A DNA stretch of 56,560 nt from the NCBI GenBank assembly GCA_900617105.1, contig UYFQ01000271.1, forward strand, positions 1-56,560, read 5' to 3'. A model generated the notes under the pieces. The model searched no databases. It was not told where the DNA came from and saw only the letters and a list, made by a program, of their open reading frames with translations. The translations under genes were made by a program, and so were the position numbers. The DNA is from Hydrurus foetidus. Its lineage: Eukaryota. This document shows positions 49,589 through 56,560 of this stretch, piece after piece (positions within the stretch are counted from its first letter, which is position 1; every line of letters begins with the position of its first letter).

Positions 49589-51369
49589 TACCCCTTAATG
49601 CGGTAAGATACTGTCAAGCAAGGTTAATCTTCCGGAGTGTACAATCCGGGAAAAGCGTGTATACTGACCTCGGCCCGAAAGACCGGAATTAAAAAAAATG
49701 TAAAACGTCCCGGCCCGAACGGCCCCGAATGACCCGAATGACCCGAATAAAAAAAATTGAAAATTCAAAATGGAACTGGAACTTGTACGACGATATCCAA
49801 AGGGGTCCAGACGGAACTGGGTCTTCGTACGACGATATCCAAAAGATCCAAATAAAACTGGTCGCGCGTACGATGAGAATTTCACCACATAAATTCAGCA
49901 GCATATCTTTGGACGCCGAATTCGACAATCTCGCAGAAATTAATCGGAATTCGCGTCCCTCATGACTTAGGCCCACAGAGAGTTTCCTCTTGACTAATAC
50001 TCGGCCGATGGTGGCACTAGTTCCAAGCCATACCCCGGGCTGAATGTGCTTTGTCCCTGCAACATTATCCTGGGCAGATTTTGTTCGTGATTACCATTTC
50101 CGCAGAATGTCAATTAATGGATCTCGGTGGTGGGCTGTGCTCCTCTTGAGCTTGAGAGTTCATGACTGGTAGTGAGCTCGATTAATTTTCTCAAATTCCC
50201 CGTAAGAGTCCCAGCCAGTTTGTTGAACAAAGTCCCATGCAAAGGTTTCGTCAAGACGTCAGCAACCATATTCTCCGTAGGCAAGTACTGCAATTCAATT
50301 TCTTTGGCTTCGATGTAGTGAGATACGAAAAATATCTGATCTTGATATGTCGACTGCGCTCACTCGTTGATCTTCCTTTGCTTGCCAGGAAAATTGTGCT
50401 CTGATTGTCTTGGAATATGATAGCTGGACCGATGTCCATCCCAGCTGAGATCAGGTACTCTCTTGTCCAGAGGATTTGTGACAGTGCATCTGAGATTCCG
50501 ACCAACTCAGACTCCGTTGATGATTTTGTTACGATCTTTTGCTTCCCAGATCTGACATATATTGGCGCATCTCCAATCATGATCGCCACTCCAGTAACTG
50601 ATTTCCCATCTTCATACAGTCCGAAAGATGCATCCACGAACGCTCTCAGTTGAAGATTCGATCCAATGCGGAGTACCAGCTTCTGCTCCTGAGTGTACAG
50701 GAGAAACGAAAGGATCCTTCTGAGCTTCTTCCAATCTTCTTCGGTAGGGCTAAGCACTCGAGTCGCGCAGAACGAAACTGCCGTGAGGATGTCTCCTCTT
50801 ACCCTCTTCGCAAGGTAATATAGCGTCATCACGAGTGAGTGGAATTCCTCCTGCATGTCTTTAGGTAGCCTAGGACTGGTAGGGTCTGACTTGAAAAGAT
50901 TGTCGGTTGCTGGTGTAATGCAAGTCTTCGTCACTTTGTACTTGCTTATAATATCCTTTACATATCCATCCATAGATAGCGATACTTGCCCAGCGATTCG
51001 AAAGTCCCAGTGAATACCAAGGAAATTGTGCTCTTGCCCTGTAGTACTCGTAACTCCACCGTACTTGGACTTGAGTGAGTCAGCTATAGAGTTCAATGTA
51101 AGCTCATTCTTTGATGTGATGAGTAAGTCGTCGACATAGACTAGCACTCTGTCCGTGGCACCTTCATTAACTCTCTGAAATGAACATACATCGTAGGGAT
51201 TTCGCTGGAAGCCCATTCCCTCGAGGGTACTTGCAAGTTCCTTATACCAGAGTACTGCACTCTGTATACAACCATACAGTGCCTTCTTCAATCGCACGGC
51301 GATTTTCTTGTCTCGGCGTAGAAATCTGCGGTTAGTAGGGTCGAGTTCGCAGAGGATTTGTGCCAGAGC

Positions 51370-53560
51370 AAAGAGAAAGGAGGTCTAAAGGCTAAAAGGA
51401 GCTTATTAGATTAGGGATGCAAACAGAAGGTACGCTAGTAACTTCTGCAAAGCAACACAAACTAGCTAGTGACTGATAGTCGTGGCTGTGAACATGAAGG
51501 TACTAAGGTGGAAACAGCATCTAATCGGCTGAATGGGGTAGCAGACCCTGAGGGAGCCACACTACCCCACCCTCCTGGGTTTCCTCTCTTCTCCTCCTCC
51601 CTCCCCTCTCTCTCTCTCTCTTGGTGAGTCTCTATCTGAATGTTCTCTGACAGCCTGTGACTCCGTTGAGAGGAGAATGCAGGGTGTTGAAAGGGCAAAT
51701 AAAGTAGGCCGGAAATGAAGTGCGTCCCGATAGTACACGGATATTTGTGGTGGGGGAGTGGAGGAAGAGGCGAGAGTGTTGGGTGTTGATCCCATACAAG
51801 TGTTCCTGCTGTAAGGTTTTTACTGACTAAACCTCCTGAAAACAACGTAACGTTGTAAAAATGAGGAGGAATCTTCAAAAAATAATGTTTAGGTCGTTCC
51901 TTGGGATCTTACTTTTCTGTCGGAATTATTTTCGACATGCCGTGAAGGCGTAAATATGTGTGAAGAGCGTCTGTAAGACGAAGATTCTTCCAAGACTCCC
52001 ACGTATTGTGTGAGTCATCAAAGTCAGTCCATTTGACTAAAAACCGCATTTGGGTTTTGTGTCTGGAATTTCCTTGCAATGCTGAATGATGGATTCGATA
52101 AAGAATTCCATATATTCGCGGCGTGTACATCAGCTGGATCCGTATGTTTCGGATTGAATACAATGTTTAAAATTACTAATATGAAGATGTTTATGTTTCT
52201 TCGTAGTTATATCTAACAACGTATAATCAGAGTTGTGAATCGATATCACTTGAAACGGTCCCCGCCACAACGTGTTTAATCGTGTGGGCGGTTGTGTGGT
52301 ATATCTAGCCAACACATAAGAACCGACGGGAAAAACTGTTATATCCTGTGGACTTGTGGCAATATGAGCCGCGTCCATTGTGCGCAAAGCAGTTTGTACT
52401 TTGGCGATCAGGGTTTCCATCCTGGGTGTTATACATCTCACAGATCGCTTTTGATGCGGAAGTTTCCTCTTCCGGTAATAGTGGGAATGGTGACAGTATG
52501 CCGCAGAATAAAGATTGATTTGGTTACCAAACAATAAGCTTGCTGGGGAGGTATTAGTACTGCTGTTAATCGAAGAATTCAAAATGCGCTGTATAAACGG
52601 TAAGCAGTTTTGTGCTGGTACACGTCGTTTGTATCATAGGAACGAATGTAAGTACCGGTTAATTTCTTTATTAACTCGTTCAACTATTGCATTCTCTTGT
52701 TTTGAGTATGCTAGTGTCAGGTTGTAGGGTGTACCCGTTGACACTAGGAATTGTTTGACCAATTCGTTGGCAAAATGTGAACCCGATCAAAGATCTGATC
52801 ATTTGGGGTGCACCGTATCTTCCAAAGTGTTGCAGAAGGCAATCGGTAGCTGATTTGGCCGTATTATCCGCACACCAAAAAAGTTCTGTCCATCGTGTGA
52901 AAAGCACAGATGATGACAAGAACGTGTGAGGCATCGGGAAGGGTCCGATGAAATCGATGTTTAATACATGGAAAAGTTTGTACGCAGCAGTAACGTACTT
53001 GTGTACACGTATCGGTACGCGTGTGGCGTTCATCTTCTGGCAGCATGCACATTGTTGTATAAACAAGTGGGTGTGCTGTACCATGTGTTCCCACTCAATG
53101 GGTAAGCTTTTCAGCTTTTCGACGGTGCGTTTAACGCCCAAATGTCGGTGGCTTGTTGTAGCACATGGTGAGTGCGTCGCGCTGGTGTATCAATCATTTC
53201 TGAGTATGACAAGAGCGCCGCAAAACGGGCCTGAGCGGGTTGTCGGTTCTGTGCCAGTGGTTGGCTGGTTGAACCTTGATGACAAGGTCGGAAGATTAGC
53301 GCACCAGGGAGCGAGACATAGCGTCCGCCACCGTGTTCTCAGACCCTCCGTATGCGATAGTTGAAATCGAGCTCTGTAGAGCCATGGACCATCTCCCTAC
53401 CATCGAGTTAGGGGAGGATTTTATGTACGTCAGATTCTTTGATCTGTGTCAATCGTAAACTTACGATCACGTTTTAGTGGATCAAGTTTTGTACAACACA
53501 AGTAGATAGCATAGGCTTCTTTTTGGATTGTTGACCGGTTCCTCTGTGAGATGCTGGTGA
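51370..53560 (-). mobile_element. Ty3/Gypsy (chromovirus-like) 3' fragment nested inside the Copia RT
   Basis: RNaseH remnant (STIQKEAYAI, FTIDTD, RWSMAL, ENTVADAMSR), integrase (HLGVKRT, CACCQK, IDFIGP, GPFQV) and chromodomain (FLVKWTDFDDSHNTWE, 52163-51909). A purine tract GGAGGGTGGGGTAG followed by TGTGG at 51561 marks a probable LTR start. Many indels. Confidence 0.88.
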
Positions 53561-56560
53561 TCTTTGAGTTTCAGAGTGAATGGTCTCTGTTTCAAATTTT
53601 AATGCTTCTTCCCGGAACTGGTACAGCCTTGCCGCAGCCAGTCCGTTAACTTGGCGTTTGTTCGCTTGGATATGGCGGCAAATCCTCGATTTTGGCGGGC
53701 CAGTCGTTTCGCGTTAAGATGTGCCCATGCTGGTCGGCGTCATGAATCCATCACGTGCCTGCCAGTAAAGCCATACATTAGAACAGAGGTAAGGGCAATG
53801 AGTGGGAGATGAAATGTCGGTGTCTTGGTGTAAGGATCTGTCTTGTCTGTGACCTCCAGCAACCACTGGTCCCTTAATCTTGTCAATATCTCCGTTAGGT
53901 AGTTCCTTCGGCGTAAGGAACATCTTCGACGGGATCGCTGAACGCGGTGTATAGTCAGGGTCTAGGCACTCCCATACGCCCTTTTGGATGCACTTCTTCA
54001 GTTCTTCGACAGATGCTGCATCGACAAGTGCGTCTCCATATAGAGCCTTCGCAGCTTTTATTGAAAGTGCTGTGAAGATATGTCTCTCTGGTGTTAGACT
54101 TGGTATGTTATGCCCGTCATTCATAGAGTTACGTAGCTCTACCAGATCTTCTGCTTGCATTTGTTCCCCATCTTGGCTATCGTTCATTAATCCGGTAACC
54201 ATTGGCTGTGTTAAGTCTGGAGCTGTAGAGTCCCCAATCTCTTCGTCTGTTATCTCTGGGACCACATCGTCGATCGAATCGGCTGCGATGATATCATATG
54301 TCTTCGGTGGGCAAGACTTCGACCTGTTCGTCTACCCCTCGATGAGGGTCCAGAGGATACGGTGTAGAAGGATTAGCGAGTGGAGCCTCTGATACAGGAA
54401 GGACAAAGGGTTCTGAAGGGGTTGCGCCTGAAAGGCGCGTAAGGCGTTGAATAGCAGCTTCTATAAGAAGTGCTGGCCTGGATATGTCTCCAGTGATCTC
54501 GCGGAGTGTATCAATGTCGAAGCATCTGTGGGTATCAGCAAGATTGTGGGTTGTACCCAACCATATACACTAGTCACCACGCGGTGCATGGGAATTGCTC
54601 ATTGGGCCTGAGGCGCGTTGTAAGAAACCTGCAGTGCCGAAAGCGAATGGAGCGTCTCTAGCAAAATTGGGAACGCGACCTAAGAAGGCAGTGTGGGCTG
54701 GTAGATGACCTGGTGCATTAACCTTTGGTATCATGTTGGCTGCATGTACCACGAACGTGATGAGTGCTGCAGCTAACTTGGAATGCAAAGGAAAAGCGAG
54801 ACTGTGCAAGGTGGAGCGCGCCATGTTTTTGATGTGATGGATAGCTGATTCAGCGTGCGGTGTGTGTGAGCCATGCCCTAGGATGTTAAGCTCAACACCG
54901 ATGGAGACCAGCTCGGATTTGGCTGCCTTGATTGATGCTTCACCATCTGATGTAATACGTTTAATGCGGAAATCCTTCGCAGTATATTGTTTGATGTGCT
55001 CAAAGATGGACTGCCCTGCCTTCGACTTTGATCGTTGCCCTTGACGACAGGGTCCATCTGCATTAGAGCCAGGTCCAAGGTGGGTGTGGTAGTACCATGA
55101 TAAGGCCCAGAAGCACCGAGATGCTGAGGAGGAAGACCTGTCCCAGAAAGAAGAATAGATCCACCTGAAGTTCCTGTTCTATGGATTCATGTAGCGGAAT
55201 AGGGTCGTCATCCCGTGGCACCGCTGATCGTTGAGTGCCATGTCCTAACTGGTAGGAAGCAGGTGAGCCATATATGTCTTGCGCATTGACTAGGTCAGCT
55301 CGTGTGAACCCCAGCTCAGTGATGCTTCCTCGCTGAACGACTTCTGCTGCGGCTTTATAACTGATGAAACCCATCCGAATCATGAAATCATAGGCTTTTC
55401 GTGCAGCTATGAGTTGTCTTTTGGAGTACTTCGCAGCTTTGTGCTTGACAGTGGCAAGGAACAGATGGCGAACTTCGGTCAGGTTCATCACGTAATGGCC
55501 ATTTGAACATGTAAAGGTTAGAATGGGGCCAACCATGTTTGGAACGGCGGAGAAGATGTCTTGGTGCTCGTCATAATGTATCTTGTGTGTTTCCTGTAAC
55601 TTGTGCTAACTTAATATGTTGGCTGCTGTGTTAGGACTGAAGTATGCATGAACTCCAATGTCATTGATGACTCCTTCGAGTGTGACCTTAATTCTGTCTC
55701 CAGTAATGCCTTGAACGACAACAGGTCTGGCGGTATGGTTGACGTCGGAAAGAAGTTCAGGATTGGATACGAGATGAATACTGGATTGCGTGTCGAGCAT
55801 GATTACATGCTCAAGATTAGTCGCGGTTGATAGCAGGACAGACACGATGTTGCCGGTGTTATACGGTGATTCTGGAAGAGATTCTTGATGTGCTGGATGG
55901 AATGTTTCTATTGTCGTAAGAAAGATATGAGCATCATCAACTGCATCGGCAAAGTTAACCGTTTTCGTCGGACAAACACTGGAGCGGTGTCTTTTCTTGC
56001 CGCAATTCCAGCAGACAATATCGCTCGGTGTAACGGACTCCACACCAGTGTCGGTTGTTGTAGTCGCCTCAGGGCCTGTACCGCCGCCACCTTTGCCGCT
56101 TCTTGGTTTATCACCTTGTCCATTCCGGCCGCCTTGGCCTCCACGACCGCCGCGTCCTCCACGTCCTCCACCGCCGCCGCGCCCACCACGTCCACCACGT
56201 CCACCACATCCACCACGTCCACCGCGGCCTTTTCCTCGGCAACTGTCGTCAATTTCATCGACTCGAGACTGATACACTGCTTGGAGGTTCGGATTTTCTG
56301 TACCCCTGAATCGCACTTCTTGAGTGTCTTTGATCTCTTTCCATAGGGTTGAGGGTAGCTCAGGTAGTTCAGCTATACCACGTCTCTCGTTGCAAAGGTA
56401 GTCTTTGATGAGCGACGCGTATCTTGACATGTCTAGACGCTTCAGGATTCCGATTATGAGCTCGTTGTCTGGTACTTCAGGAAGTCCTACAGACGTTCTC
56501 TCGAGTTGATAGTCTTCCACTCTCTTGCGGAAAGCGAAGCTAGTCTCGTGTGGAAACATT

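Larger units (their letters stand above)
49426..56560 (-). mobile_element. Degenerate Ty1/Copia LTR retrotransposon (gag-PR-INT-RT-RNaseH), running off the window end
   Basis: Gag with an RGG-rich stretch and zinc knuckle CWNCGKKRHRSSVC, protease VIMLDTQSSIHL, integrase fragments at ~55500-54570, RT N-part (VVAGGHRQ..SSPT, ~54050-53800). RT C-part and RNaseH at ~51360-50200 (LKKALYGCIQSAVLWY, YVDDLL, AFVDASF, SSTESEL, FQDNQS, RHIKIRYF). INT precedes RT, the Copia order. Several frameshifts and stops. Confidence 0.93.

Noticed and set aside
49715..49845. Short direct repeats (gtacgacgatatccaaa x2, acccgaatg x2-3)
   Set aside because: They lie in the Copia 3' non-coding region, where short tandem repeats are common. 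No independent feature is supported.
55997..56272. PRPPRPP Pro/Arg-rich plus-strand ORF
   Set aside because: Antisense of the RGG-rich segment of Copia Gag.

Overview
Intron-rich, AT-rich eukaryotic nuclear DNA. It is most likely from a photosynthetic stramenopile; this is an inference from a bipartite signal+transit plastid presequence, a selenoprotein and a Pelle/IRAK-type kinase fold. Most ORF-track entries are intron or microsatellite noise, so I spliced genes by hand using GT-AG sites and phase. In order the window holds: (1) a head-to-head pair of secreted Pro-X-Y tripeptide-repeat genes, one a near-pure (Pro-Ala-X)n rod with a (PAT)16 block, the other ending in a 10-Cys module hidden behind an intron; (2) a ~27-exon ankyrin / coiled-coil / IRAK-like pseudokinase / RING gene; (3) a plastid-targeted CbbY-type HAD phosphatase that splices in frame onto a 20 x 17-aa acidic repeat tail ending in ...FVGWTPHFMTKN; (4) a hypothetical membrane protein; (5) selenoprotein H, with its Sec UGA split by an intron and a candidate SECIS; (6) SPF27/BCAS2; (7) tRNA-Val(CAC), overlapped by a 287-bp inverted duplication that breaks at the anticodon loop; (8) a kinase-less MAD3/BUB1-family gene with about 7 ABBA-like motifs; (9) a TauE/SafE membrane protein; (10) a decayed Ty1/Copia element interrupted by a chromodomain Ty3/Gypsy fragment. 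The best novelty candidates are the repeat-tailed CbbY (possible Rubisco/pyrenoid tether), the Pro-X-Y secreted pair and the Ank-pseudokinase-RING protein. All exon models are hand predictions without RNA evidence.
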